A DNA stretch of 64,000 nucleotides from NCBI RefSeq assembly GCF_009914755.1, contig NC_060941.1; one strand, given 5' to 3'. The position numbers and the translations under genes are program-made. Source of the DNA: the human T2T-CHM13v2.0 reference genome, Homo sapiens. The notes beneath the pieces were generated by a model. The model did not search any database and had not been told where the DNA came from. It saw only the letters and a list, made by a program, of their open reading frames with translations. Below, one piece after another: positions 11,701-25,574 of this stretch (positions are counted from its first letter, which is position 1; every line of letters begins with the position of its first letter).

Positions 11701-12130
11701 ATTCCATGAATTAGAGCTGGTAGGAAGAAGTGACATCCTACTTCTTGGCCACATTCAACAAAAGCTTAACCTCAAGAAAAGGTAGTGGCAGCAGGTGGGG
11801 GTTGAAATGAAAAATTCTGATGTACTGTTACTCCCAGAAAGATACTATATCCCCCCAATGGGGTCTAGTAAAAATCCTGTGTTTTTGGCTACATTGCCTT
11901 GAGTAGAGTTTATATCAAGATAGGCTGTGAGAAAGAGAGGTAAGAATGGGTTGTGGATCAAATGCAAAAAAACTCTCACTGTTCTTAGTGAGTTTCAGTA
12001 GATTTTCTTGAATAAATACTTCATCATTTTCTATGTACCATTATGACTTTTCAAGTGACATAGGTGATGGTTGTTTTATAATTTTCAACAATTTTATAAA
12101 AGATCCATGGAACTCTTCACATTGCCTTTC
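8790..12130 (-). mobile_element. Old L1M element (decayed ORF2 and 5' region) interrupted by a MaLR LTR
   Basis: T-rich L1-antisense motifs such as TTTTGCTGAGGATTTT..AGGGTAATACTAGCTTCACAGAAT and TTGTTTAATTTCCACATA..ATTCCAGCTTTCTTGTGGTTA. Boundaries approximate. Confidence 0.7.
10752..11124 (+). mobile_element. MaLR solo LTR (MST/MLT1A-type)
   Basis: TGATATGGTTTG start, CAGACACCAAACCTGCCAGC..CCAGCCTGCAGAACTATGAGAAATAAATTTC, GACTAACACA end. Confidence 0.85.
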
Positions 12131-13597
12131 TAGAGGTGGAACTTCTGCATTTATTTCTTATGCAAGGAAATTCTTCTGAAATATACTTTGGAATCTCACT
12201 CTCTACAGCAAATTGGGTCTCAGTGTATTTCTTTCTCCAAGAGAAGTCTGCTAGATACTCAAATAATTTTTGTTTTATATTGTTATGTTTGAAAGGTTGT
12301 TTTGTTGTTAAACAAAAGACAATAGGAAGATCAACATGAAACCCTCACATTCATTGTATGAATATTATCTCTTCATTCAGAAAGAGTTAAAATATATTTG
12401 AGTGCTCATAAAGCTTTAAAAAGAAGTGGATTAAGTAATCAATCTCCCTAGGCAGATAAAAAAGCACATGATATTTTGGTATTCCCCAACTTTTATTATT
12501 TAACTTTCATGTTCTAGCAAATAACTTTCAACAATTTGTCAACTTATTTGCAGTCATTTATATTTTATATTATTAATTCCATTATTTATGCATGTGTTGA
12601 ATAGACTTAAATATATAGAGTAGATGTTGACACTCGAATTTGTAACAAAGTGAAAAATTACTTTGATACGTATTTCTTTTTTTCTGACAAAATTCTGAAG
12701 TGCTTTTCCATCTCTTCTAAGACAACATATAGAAAACGTATTTTTTTCTCATTATTAAATATATGACTCGGAATACAGCAAAACTAATTGGCTATAAAGC
12801 AAACCTTTAAAAGAGAAGAGTTTGATGAAAAATACAAGCATTCTTAGTTATACGTAAGATCCCACAGAGCCAACTTTTTCCAGATTTATGTCCCAATTTT
12901 AAACTTTAATTCCTACTGTCTAAGCATTGTGGCTAAAAGTATGAGATAATTAATTACTCCTGACATCCAACTTTTGTGATCACAGTAGGTGACATTCCTT
13001 TGAAAAAAATAACTTGAAAATTTTCTGGTAAATGTTACGTTTGTGTGTGGGTGCAGAGTTTCATTTTCATACCAAGCTCACATATCAAAGTTGAGTGTTT
13101 TAATTATCTTTTAAGACTATGTCCTTGGATGCTATGCTATATGCCAATATTTATATATGTTGAATATACTTAACTTTCATTTAACTTACATAGACATAGT
13201 GCTTAACTTTAATCAGAGATTCCTAATTCTGATGAATGTTGGTAGAAAATATGCTGCAAATAAAATATGTTAGAATAATTTTTAATAAAAGGATAAAAGG
13301 AAAGAAGCTAGCAGAAGAGCCAGCACCACAGAAAGCAAAGTCACATTCTGGATCCAAGCAATGTTTCCATGAGCAAAGAACCAGCAAATTGAATTCACGA
13401 GACAGGGAGCAGAAGCAAGAGAGTGAAGAGGAAGTAGACTTCTTTTTGTTTTTGTGTCTTATTTGCTTTCTCATGAGAAGAGTGTACTAGTAGTAGAAGT
13501 AAGTTCTATGAATGAGACCAGAAAGACGTAGGTAGAATATCTGGACCCTCTGTATAGGATAGGTAGTTATTATATTGTGTGTTCTGGAGGTAAGATT

Positions 13598-13710
13598 TAT
13601 ATAATTTATATAATTTTATGAAATTTATGAATTTATATAAATTATATGAATTTACATAAATTATATGAATTTTTATAAATTATATAAATTATATGAATTT
13701 ATATAAATTC
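13598..13710. repeat. AT-rich minisatellite built from a self-complementary unit (AATTTATATAAATT)
   Basis: Repeats of ~19 bp ATTTATATAAATTATATGA, with a perfect 16-bp palindrome GAATTTATATAAATTC at 13695-13710. Confidence 0.85.
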
Positions 13711-14379
13711 AAGCCCACAATAGTATCAAGGCCTATTAAGCAAACATCCATTAGACAGCAAGAAAGACTAAGGCTTTCAAACAAGCGTCAATAGTTAAAT
13801 GTGAAGCAAACATACAGACATTTGATACTGTGACAAAAATAATGAGGTTTATCATAATATATTTTCTTGTTTAGTAATTATATATAGCTACATACTAGTT
13901 TTTCAAAACTTAACTAATTCTCTTTAAATATATTTCTATGAAATTTCTTGCTATACTTGGGATACAGTTGAGTGTAAACTCATTTTGTAGGATTTTTTTT
14001 TTTAAATCATGAAACAACATAGTGATAAATTTAAATAGTTTTGCCAGTTGAATCATGTATGTGATAAAAAGGCTTTATATTTCTGATTCCTAAATCAGGG
14101 CATGGCAGTACAAATCATAAATCAAGTATTCTTATGTCTGTTGTATAATTATAGAAGAATAATGCCCAAACCTTTTTTGAATGAGGGTATGTCATGAGCA
14201 TCAAAAGGGGAAAAAAAGTATGAAAATCCGTGAGAGTTTTACTCTGGAGAGTCATATAGATTGTGTGTTCTTTAGCTAACATTTTAAAACAAATATCTGA
14301 AATCACTTGCTTAACCCCTTTGAATAATATATATTATTGCCCTTAAGAGAAATTTGGTAATCTACTAAAGGTCCGTTTC

Positions 14380-14802
14380 ATATAGCCCTGACTTCTCTCT
14401 CCAGTCACGTGCCCTTACTGGTGTCTATGACCCAAACACACTAGTCGTCTCTCAATTTCACTAAGATGTTTTGCATTCTTCTCACAGCTTTTATGTCTGT
14501 TGCTGCTTCTTCAAGGCATACTTATCTGATATTTACTAGCTACTGTCTATTATCTTGAATCAGCTTAATGGTTTATTTTCGAGGAGACAAGGGCAAATTT
14601 TGCTGCTCTATATTCCCATAGTATTGTGGTCTTCTCTTTATTAAAAACTCATCGGGCTAAAAATTGTTTGTGATTCCCATTTATTTACTTGCTAGATTCT
14701 GAATTCCATGAGGACTGGAAATGCAACACTTTTATTTACCTGTGTATCTCAAACTTTGTATTCTTCCTGTGAGACAGTCATGTATTTATAAAAATGAATG
14801 AA
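14380..14802 (+). mobile_element. L2 3' fragment
   Basis: CTAGATTCTGAATTCCATGAGGACTGG..TGTGTATCTC..AATGAATGAA, typical of an L2 tail. Confidence 0.55.
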
Positions 14803-15214
14803 ATTTTTGTGTCTATAGACTGCATTACCAATACCTCTTGCACTATGAAATTTTCTTTAATTTCAAAAAATCCAAACATTATTTTTTTCTCGTTTATATA
14901 GTTTGAAATTCTTTTCTGGCAATAATGTTTCACCTATAAAAAGACCTATTAAAATTTATTTAATACTAAGGGGAGGGATAAAATAACTATGCATTTTTGG
15001 TCGAAAGCACAGTTGTGTCTGATACTTTAATTATGCTGTCTAATTTAACTTTTCATAAATACCCAGAATATCATTCATGATTTAAATACCAACTGCCAAA
15101 ATGTACAGCTATCAAGTGGAAGACTCAGCTTTGTGCTATGCCACATTTTCTCTTCTTTCCTTTTTGTGATGGTCTTCCAAATTGTGGAGAAAGAAAACAT
15201 TTCTATTTGTGATT

Positions 15215-15750
15215 GTTTCTGCTAGTTATTTCTGCAAAACAAACTACTCAAATTCAGTGGCATGATGCAATAACCATTTTGTCATCATATATTCTGGGGT
15301 CAGGGGGTTGAAAATGCAAAGTGGGGTGACATTTCTGTGGTCTACAGTATTTGGGGCCTCTGAGAAGTCCTAGATGTCTAGGAATGAATTAAACGTTGGA
15401 CAATGAAATCTTCTGAAAGCCTCTTCATTTACATGTTTGGCTCTTGCATTGTTATGACTTAAAGGCTGGGCTCAAAATAATCTCTTAACCAGAGTGTCTG
15501 AATATTGCTTCTTCATGTAACTTGAGCTTCCTCACAGCATGGAATCATACAGGTAGTTTGCCTGAGTGTTTCAGTTAATGGGTCAATGTATTGCCTTTAA
15601 TAATCTTGCCTCAGAAGTCACATAGAATTACTTTAATGCTCAGTTGGTTTAAGCAATCACAGCCTGTCTCACGGGGAAGAAACATGATGTCTACCCTTTG
15701 ATGTGAGGACATTCAAAGTATTCGTAGCTATATTTTAAAAATGCCACAGT
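15215..15750 (-). mobile_element. MLT1-type MaLR LTR
   Basis: CAAAACAAACTACTCAAATTCAGTGGC..TTCTGGGGTCAGG..GCTTCCTCACAGCATGG..GCCTCAGAAGTCACATAG, an MLT1 pattern. Confidence 0.65.
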
Positions 15751-17099
15751 TATCTTCTTTTTAAAGAGATACCATATCTTTATTATCAGCTATAGAATCA
15801 GGATTTGAAAATAGTTCTTATGCTACATATGCATTTTTGTTATCATTCTTGTTGTTATAATCTTTTACAGGAAGGGTGAAGGGGTAAGGGTTATGTTTCA
15901 TTCTTTCTCAAATTTTGTGCTCTATAAGTATTTTTATTTTTTGTCCATAATAGATTGTGGTACAAAGGTGACTCAAAACTAGAGTGTAGAAACATAAAAA
16001 AATATAAGTTTTCATATCCAAGCTGTTGATAAGATATTCAAATATAAAAAAGGTTTTGAATTTGTTTTAAAAATTAAGTCTTCTAATTTTTCAAAAAGAA
16101 CTAAGATAATTGTCCACTAATTGCCCATTAAATTTCCTCCTTAGTTCTACTTCCACAAAAGATATTACCATCTATGATTAATTTGGATTTCAGAGGAAGA
16201 AAATATAGTCTGAGGAAAATGGATTGTGGAGCAATCTCAATGCTAACTACTATAAAATAGCTTATTACTTGAAAAATGAGGATATTGTATGAATTTTCAC
16301 TAGTCAATTGGTAGCAAAAACAAAATTTAAGTGATTGTAAATATGTCATATTTTAAACTATCTTGTAAAGATGTTATGTACAGAGATATTATATGTTACT
16401 AGCATCTGGATTCAGAAAAATATGTAACTGGAACCAGGTTTAAGTTGGGTAATTGTAGTGTGTCTAATAATTTTAATACAAGGTAAAAACATTTTCTGTT
16501 GAAAATCAGTTTTAATATTAAGTTAGGTTTTATTTATATTTTGAAAATTTAAGGACTCTTGAATATTCTTAAGTAAATTGCAATTTAATGCAATTGTAGT
16601 TATACTCAGCAGTATAGTGACACTTGATTAAAGCCATTATAAAGGAAACATAATCCCATACTGATGATCTTCACATTTCTTTGGGTTAAAGACCAGTTTA
16701 TTTCATTGAGATTACAGTTCAGGAGAAAGGTTATTGACTACATGTATCTATAGTATTGTCTAAGCAACAGGAGTTTAGTTTGCATGTTTAGTATTTTTGA
16801 GAGCACATCAATGTAATGAAATGTATTTAAAATTATGCCCATATATACATAATTATATATATTTATTTATATATTTTTTACAACAGTGTTTTTCCTTGGA
16901 GATGATTCAATCAAATTGCAGCAGAGACACTTCTAATTAGTTATTAGGAAGTACAATCTAGGATTGTTTTCCTGAACGTTTGTGACTAGCAATGTTCTCT
17001 TACAGACGTGGGGGTCTGGACACTTGGACCTTAAATTGGAAATGGTTAAAACAGTGTTAGCCAAAGAATGACAATGGTTTGTTTGCCAAGTCTTTTTGT

Positions 17100-17400
17100 T
17101 TTGTTTTGTTTTGTTCTTTTGAGACGGAATCTTGCTCTGTCACCCAGACTTGAGTGCAGTGGCGTGATCTCGGCTAACCGTAACCTCTGCCTCCCGGGTT
17201 CAAGCAATTATGCCACCTCAGCTCCCTGAGTAGCTGGGATTACAGGCAACCGCCATCATGCCCAGCTAATTTTGTATTTTTAGTAGAGATGGTGTTTCAC
17301 TATGTTGGTCAGGCTAATCTTGAACTCCTGACCTCAATGAATCCATCTGCCTCAGCCTCCCAAAGTGCTGGGATTACAGGCGTGTGCCACTGCACCCAGC
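17100..17400 (-). mobile_element. AluS
   Basis: Full dimer with 16-bp TSD TGCCAAGTCTTTTTGT (17084-17099 / 17401-17416). Confidence 0.95.
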
Positions 17401-17481
17401 TGCCAAGTCTTTTTGTGTTAGTATTGCTGTTGAATATATCTGGTGTTTTCATTCAAGAAAACACTTAAAAGCCATTTTAGG

Positions 17482-17752
17482 GGCTGGGCGCGGTGGCTCA
17501 CGCCTGTAATCCCAGCAGTTTGGGAGGCCGAGGCGGGCGGATCACCAGGTCAGGATATCAAGACCATCCTGGCTAACACGGTGAAACTCCGTCCCTACTA
17601 AAAATACAAAAAATTAGCCTGGCATAGTGGCGGGCGCCTGTTGTCCCAGCTACTCGGGAGGCTGAGTCAGGAGAATGGCATGAACCCGGGAGGCAGAGCT
17701 TGCAGTCCAGCCTGGGCGACAGAGCCAGACTCCGTCTCAAAAAAATAAAAAC
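17482..17752 (+). mobile_element. AluY with an internal right-arm deletion
   Basis: TSD AAAAGCCATTTTAGGG. The junction TTGCAGTCCAGCCTGG lacks the GAGCCGAGATCGCGCCACTGCAC segment. Confidence 0.95.
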
Positions 17753-20700
17753 AAAAGCCATTTTAGGGTAAAAGAACCTTTCTCAGAACTATCACTGTAC
17801 ACATCTTCCTGTTTCACTGATCCCTCTTCTCTCCTTTAGTTTTAACCTTTTGTGATAGCTCTTTATGCATCTTCTTCTGAGGTCATTGAAGATGTGTTCT
17901 GTCTTACTGGTTTCTGTTACCACTAAGTACTTCTTATTTCTAAACAGGTGGTTTGATTTTATGACCACTCAGACAACTCTAAGTAAGATGCAAGCATGTG
18001 CTACTTCTCCCTACTCTACACTCATAAACTTCAAACAATTCCCTCTTCTGTCTGCATCTTCCGATAAGGATATAGACTTAGAACTTTTAAAATCGATGGC
18101 TAACCACTCTTTACTGCAAGAGTGGTATACTATATTGGACCATGATTATGGGCAAGATCACCTAAACAGAATGGATAACTTTACACTCTGTGTAAGTACT
18201 CACTAGGCACTCTCCTAGTAGTGTCTCTACTTGATAGAGCAAAGTAATAGAAGAAAAATGAGCAACTTCATTCTCATGATTTCTAATATGTCATCATAAA
18301 TATGAGGTCCTTCATTTCTGTTAAGTAGAAAACCAATGATGATACTGCTTACAGAAAACCATCTGTCCATCTTCATCTGTATCAACAAACTTCCAGGCAA
18401 TTTGCATTGGCACAAGCTGTTATTTGTCTTTGCTAATGTTTAACAATAAAATTCTCAATGACATACTTGATACTCTGGAAAGATAGTATTTTTATTCTTC
18501 ACAGGGTAGAACATGCATTACAAATTATGTAATTAGTAAAATACGTGCAATGAAATGGTTTCAATTTCCTGTATGAATAGTTTTTATGATGGTTATCTAA
18601 TAATCTAAAATATTTATATTTCAATTAGTGTTTTACTTAATACTTTATTACTTCCTTTTAATCAATCAAAAAGGAGGTATTACCTGTCCAAAGGAAGCTT
18701 AGCTATGTATTATGCATTGGAGACTACATTAAGGAATTCACTAGGCAATGAGTTCTAGGTGTTAAAAGGGGCATTAATTTAAAAAAATATTAAAGATGCG
18801 AAATTTTTAAAGCCTCAAAGACGTGAATAAAAGGTTTAAAGAAGAAAATACTGTGTTGATCGAACAATATTTATTTTTTCCCAAATGACTAAGCTTTCAA
18901 ATCAGGGACTAATCATGAAAGACCACATGACTTATTTTTAAATTAAAAACGATACTGAAATATATTTTTCTGGTTGAAGAGAGCTTTATTCTAAAAAGAA
19001 AAAATGTCTATGAAGCAAAAAAAAAAAGAAAACATATGCTCTTTTCTTATGTTTGCTCAAGCAGAATTTACCTCTGCAACTCGTATAATCAGCGCTATAA
19101 TTATGTACAGATATATTTTGATACTTCAAAGCATCTATAAAATTCCCTAAATGAAAATTATTTTAGATTAAATATATTAATGACCAAGACAGCTTTTTTT
19201 GTTTATAAGCAAATTAGATTATATTGCTTATGAAAGTTTTTTATATTTTTATTCCATGGATCATGCAAAAAATCATGTTAGACAATGAAAGGATATCGTG
19301 TTTTCTCCTTTTTGCCTTATTACCATTTTTTTTCTGTGCTTAGTTCTGCCTTTGCTGTATAGTGTGGAAATATAAAAAATTACAAGAATTGCTCAGGTGT
19401 CTTTTTCAAACCTCCAGGTTGCCAATATATTCACTTCATCACTCTTATCTGATTCCCACACATTCCTCTATGATCCTACAGAGCAGTTACGTTTCTTATA
19501 AAATCTAACAGACCACCCAACTATGGTTTGCAACATCAAACCGTCATGCTTCTTGTACACAATATATTAGAAAATTGGGTTTTTACATATCAGAGTAGAA
19601 ATATATTTCACACATATTTGAGGCATACTGTTATATTCCTAAGGAAATAATATTTTATTTAATTGAAGCCACATGATTTTTACTATGATGTAATTACTCA
19701 CTGACCACCAAGTCTACAGACAGCCTTTACCAGAATCAAGATACACATAGGTAAATTATTTTGAATATCTTTTGAAATCTGGGGTGCTCAATTTGATCCA
19801 TGCAGATTACCTTAATTAGCATACATCTATTGGTCATTGGCATACTTTTTAAAATGAGATATAACATTATACAAATATCTGTAAGTTCTCTACAGCATCT
19901 TTTCCTAGCAGCATTTTACAGCGGATAAAGGAGGTTGCCAGTAGATAGACAAAACAAAAAATAGAAACACTTCTTAAGCATACTTTTTTTTACATGTCAT
20001 AACATGAATCTACTATCTTTTTTTATTTTTACTTTTGTATTCTGAAAAAATGTTAAAATTGGTTATTACCACTGTCTCTCTGTTCTTTCCTAATAATGTC
20101 CTTTTCCTCTATTGTCAGCATTTTAAAAAACATTCTTGATCTCTAACACCTTTCTAGAAAATTCTGACAAATTAAGTGGCAGCTAGAACAAGAGGAGATT
20201 TAAAGAATTATTGTTGACAATGAAAATAATGAAGTACATATTTAGCATGGGCATGTTGCATGTTGACAATATATCATTGCATAAATGTTTGAAATATTTT
20301 TCCTTTATGAAGTAATTGTCATCAAGATCGAAGCTATTGAATATATTTGCTGTATAACTTTGTATAAAATAGATTTATATTGCTTTGAGCTGAACAGATA
20401 TTTGCAATGAAATTGTCCTTGTCCATGTTATTTTAATTTTGTCTACTGTCATTGGCAGAAATGTATCTAATACCTTATCTCTTTCCCCAAATCACATACA
20501 ACTGAAAGATGCTAGATGTTAAGAGTTCTGGTAAAGTAGTCTTCTAAAATCCTTTTTCATTTGTCTAGAGAAAAAAAAGTACCAGAATTCAGGACAGATT
20601 TTTCTTCAAGGTATCAAGAGTAGACCATATAGATTTTTTCAAGTAAATTTCTAAAGCTATATTTTAGAAATCAAAAAAGAAATATTTGCATTAAAACCAT

Positions 20701-21318
20701 TATTCCCTTAAATTTTTAGAGGATTCTGTTTGACTTTGGCATGAGTAAAGTCCATTCTCTTATTTGCAGTGCTATTAGATATGAGGAGTTTTAGCAGAGA
20801 TCGTGGAACAACTGCTGCCTATCAGGGTGTGAAATCAATGACATGGATTCCTGTAGAAACTATTTACTTTGCTATATCTCCTCAATATATGTATATACAA
20901 ACAAGATCTTTGACGCTGGCTTGAAATCCACAGCAAGAGGTACACCAGGAAGCATCAAAAACTATTAAGTATATACAAAAATAGTTGAATGCATACCTCA
21001 GTTAGCAATGTTAACAGAGTTTGTGTCCCACAACCATTAGATTTTGCTACTCACAATTATCAGACCAAATTAATATGAACTCAACATCTCCACTCAAAGA
21101 CAGTATCATTGCAAATATCTGCTCATTTCAAAGCAATATAAATATGTTTTATACAAAATGGCACATAGTAAATGTATTTGATAGCTTAAATCTTGATGCC
21201 AATTACTTCATAAAGGAGCAAATATTGTCAAATATTTATGTAATGATGTATTATCAACATGCAGCTTGTGTTCCTTTAACATAGTAAATGCTTTCTTCTG
21301 AGAGAAAAGGGGCCTTGA

Positions 21319-21707
<389 letters not shown>

Positions 21708-22629
21708 TAGAACCTCTTTCGTGCAAGCCAGACATTGTCCTAAGCATTTTAGAGACACTATTTCATGTATGTGTTTGAAAAAGTTATCCCTATGAAAGCT
21801 AATGTTTCTGAACTGTGAAAGATAGCTTATTTGCTCCTTTAAATTCATGTGCCACTTTTTCCCATTACCTTTTTTAACATACATTATGTCTTCTGGGTCC
21901 TCTGACTTCTAAATGGCCTCAGCTCATGGTGAACCCTTAACAGGAGCTGCGAAGGATGAAGAGTTAGACCAGCATACTAATTCATCTTGCTTCTTCCCTG
22001 TAAGTAGCTACATCTTTAACGACTGATTCAAACAAAGCATAGACTGTACAGGATGTTTTACTTCTGATTTTGAGTAATGCACCTTCTCCTTCAGATGTGC
22101 TTGTGGTAAGGAAATGGCTGCTAGGAAGTGACAGGTTACTTTGCTATCCTTTGTGGTATCTCTACCCAAACCCTAATCCATCCACTTGTAATTAACCCTT
22201 CAGGAATTATACTGGTCTCCGTGTTCTATGTGTACTGCTTATGAACTGACATCTGTGTAAACTATTGAGAATTCAAGAAGCTTAACTCAAACATTGAACA
22301 TCTTACGGAAATAGAGGGTGTGTCTCCACATTTCTATGAATATTAAGAGTGTTGATTTTTACTCTGTTGATTTTTAGCTTCTGTAAAGGTAATTTTTATT
22401 TTTTTATACTTATTTTTATGTATCATATGACTATTAATTGCTCCCAGGTAATGTGGACTAAAAGGGCTTTCTTAGTTGACACACACTCATGCACACACAC
22501 ACACAGATATGTATGCACACACGTGAGACATTTGCAATTGTAAAACCTACTATGGAGTGAAAAGGAAAGGGCATAGGCAAAATGCCATGGCTTACCTACA
22601 ACTACAATTTGGATATTAGATATTTATTT

Positions 22630-25090
22630 TTTGTTCTTTCTTCATAGAACTGCTTTGACTGCTCAGGCTTTTAGGGGCTCCAAATGAATTTTAGAATAGT
22701 TTTTTTTCTAGTTCTGTGAAAAATGGTATTCATAGTTTCGTAGGGATAGCATTGAATCTATAGATTGCTTTGGACAGTATGGTCATTTTAACAGTATTGA
22801 TTCTTCCAATTCATGAGCATGGAATAATTTTGCATTTGTGTCATCTATGAGTTCTTTTACCAGTGTTTGATAGTTTTCTTCTTAGAGATCTTTTGCCTCC
22901 TTGGTTAGATGTATTTCTAGGTATTTTAATTTTTGTAAATATTTTAAATGAGATTATGTTCTTGTTTTCAATCTTAGCTTGAACGTTATTGGGGTACACA
23001 AATGTGACTGATTTTTGTACATTGGTTTTGCATCCTGAAGCTTTCCTGAAATAATTTATCAGTTCAGGAGCCTTTTGTTGTCTTTAGGTGTGGAATAATA
23101 TCAGGTGAAGAGAGAGAGTTTGACTTCTTTTTCTGTTTGGATGCCCTTTTTTTTTTCTCTTGCTGATTCCTCTGGCTAGCACTTTCAGAACTATGTTGAA
23201 TAGGAGTGGTGAGAGTGGCCATCCATATTTTGTTCCAGCTCTTAAGGGAATGCTTCCAGTTTTTGCCTGTTCAGTATGATGTCAGCCATGGGTTTGTCAT
23301 AGATGGCTGTTATTAGGGAGCATGTTCCTTTAATATCTAGTGTCTTGAGAATGTTTATCATGAACAGATGTTGGATTTTATTGAAATATTTTTCTGCATC
23401 TCTTGAGATGGTCATATTTTTTTTTTGTTTTAAATTCTGTTTATGTGGTGAATCACATTTATTAAATCCCACGTGTTGAACCAACCTTGTATCCCAGTAA
23501 TGAAGCCTACTTGATCTTGGTGAATTAACTGATGTGCTTATTGAATTTGGTTTCCTAGTAATTTGTTGAAGATTTTTGCATCTCTATTAATCAGAGATAC
23601 TGGCCTGTAGTTTTCTTTGTTGTTGTGTCTTTACCAGGTATTGATATTAGGGTGATGCTGGCTTTGTAAAATGACTTGTGGGGGAGTCCTGTCTTCTTAA
23701 TTTTTTGAAATAGTTTCAGTAGAATTTGTAACAACTCTTCTGCATACATCTGGTAGAATTTGGCTGTGAATCCAGTTGGTCCAGAGTTGTTTTGATTAGT
23801 AGGTTTTTTTTTAATCACTGATTCAATTTCAGAACTCAATATTGGTTTGTTCAGTGTTTCAATCTCTTTCCCATTCAATCTTGGAAGATTGCATGTTCTC
23901 AGGAATTTATTTCTTCTAGATTTTCTAGTTTGTGTGCATAGAGGTGCTTATAACAGTCTCTGAGGATATTTTGTATTTCTGTGTGATTGGTTGTAATGTC
24001 ACTTCTCATTTCTGTTTGTGCATAATTAGACCTTCCCTCTGTTCTGTTAATCTAGCTAGTGGTCTAAAAATCCTGTTTATATTTTCAAAAAATAAACTTT
24101 TGGTTTTGTTAATTCTTTGTATGGGTTTTGGGGTCTCCATTTCATTCAGCTCCACAATGATTTTAGTTACTACTTCTCTTCTGCTAGCTTTGGAGTTAGC
24201 TTGTTATTCTTTTTCTAGTTCCTCTAGATGTGATGTTAGATCATTAGTTTGCAATCTTCCTAAATTTTTGAGGTAGGTGTTTAGCTATAAACTTTCCTCT
24301 TCACACTGCTTTCACCATATCCCAGAAATTTTAATATGGTTTGTCTCTCTTCACTTATTTCAAAGAATATTTTTCACTTCTGCCTATATTTTGTTGTTTG
24401 CCTGAAAGTTATTCAGGAGCAAGTTGTTTAATTTCCTTTCAATTTTGTGATTTTAAGATATCTTCTTGGCATTGATTTATATTTTTTCCTCTGTGTTCCG
24501 AGAATGTGGTTGGTATGACTTCTATTTTTTTTAATTTATTGAGATTTGCTTTATGGCTGAGCATGTGGTCCATCTTGAAATACGTTCTATATACAGATGA
24601 GAAAAATGTGTATTTTGTCGTTGATGAATGGACAATTCTGTAGATGTCTATTAGGTCCAGCTGACCAAATGTCAAGCTTAAGTCCAGAATTTCTTTGTTA
24701 GTTTTCTGCCTTGATGATTTGTTTAATACTGTTGGTGAGTTGTTGAAGTTCCCCACAATTACTGTGTGGGCTGTCTAGGGCTCCTTGTAGATCTAAAAGT
24801 ATGTGTTTTATGAATATGGGTGCTCCAATATTGGGTGCAAATATAATTAAGATAGCTTAGTCTTCCTGTTGAATTGAAACCTTTATCATTACATAATGCC
24901 TTTCTTTGCTCTTTTTTACTGTTACTGGTTTGAAGTCTGTTTTTTCTGATGTAGAAATAGTGACTCCTGCACTTTTATATTTTCCATGTGTGTGGTAGAT
25001 CTTTCTCCAACCCTTTGCTTAGAGCTTATGGATGCCATTACATGTGAGATGGGTCTCTTGAAGACATCAGATAGATGGGTCTTGGTTTTT
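22630..25090 (-). mobile_element. L1 (older L1PA/L1PB-type) internal ORF2 fragment (endonuclease to reverse transcriptase), disrupted
   Basis: ORFs 24439-24756 (LDLIDIYRIVHSSTTKYTFFSS..KMDHML, endonuclease), 23591-23878 (GPTGFTAKFYQ) and 23242-23484 (ISRDAEKYFNKIQHLFM, RT), with frameshifts and stops. Confidence 0.93.
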
Positions 25091-25267
25091 ATTTGTTTTA
25101 ATGTTGATCATATTTTAGAAAGGTATTGAGAAAAGTTGTCTTTCTGATAAATGTCATACTTTAGTAAGTAACAACTTGAGATTCACATCACAGAATTTGC
25201 CTTAGAGGTTGAGCAATAATAGCCTTTTTTTGACTAGGCTTGTAGCTTCTCTAAAATTTCAGAATCT

Positions 25268-25574
<307 letters not shown>

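Noticed and set aside
23242-24756. Endonuclease/RT ORFs as an active retroelement
   Set aside because: Fragmented, frameshifted L1 ORF2 relic.
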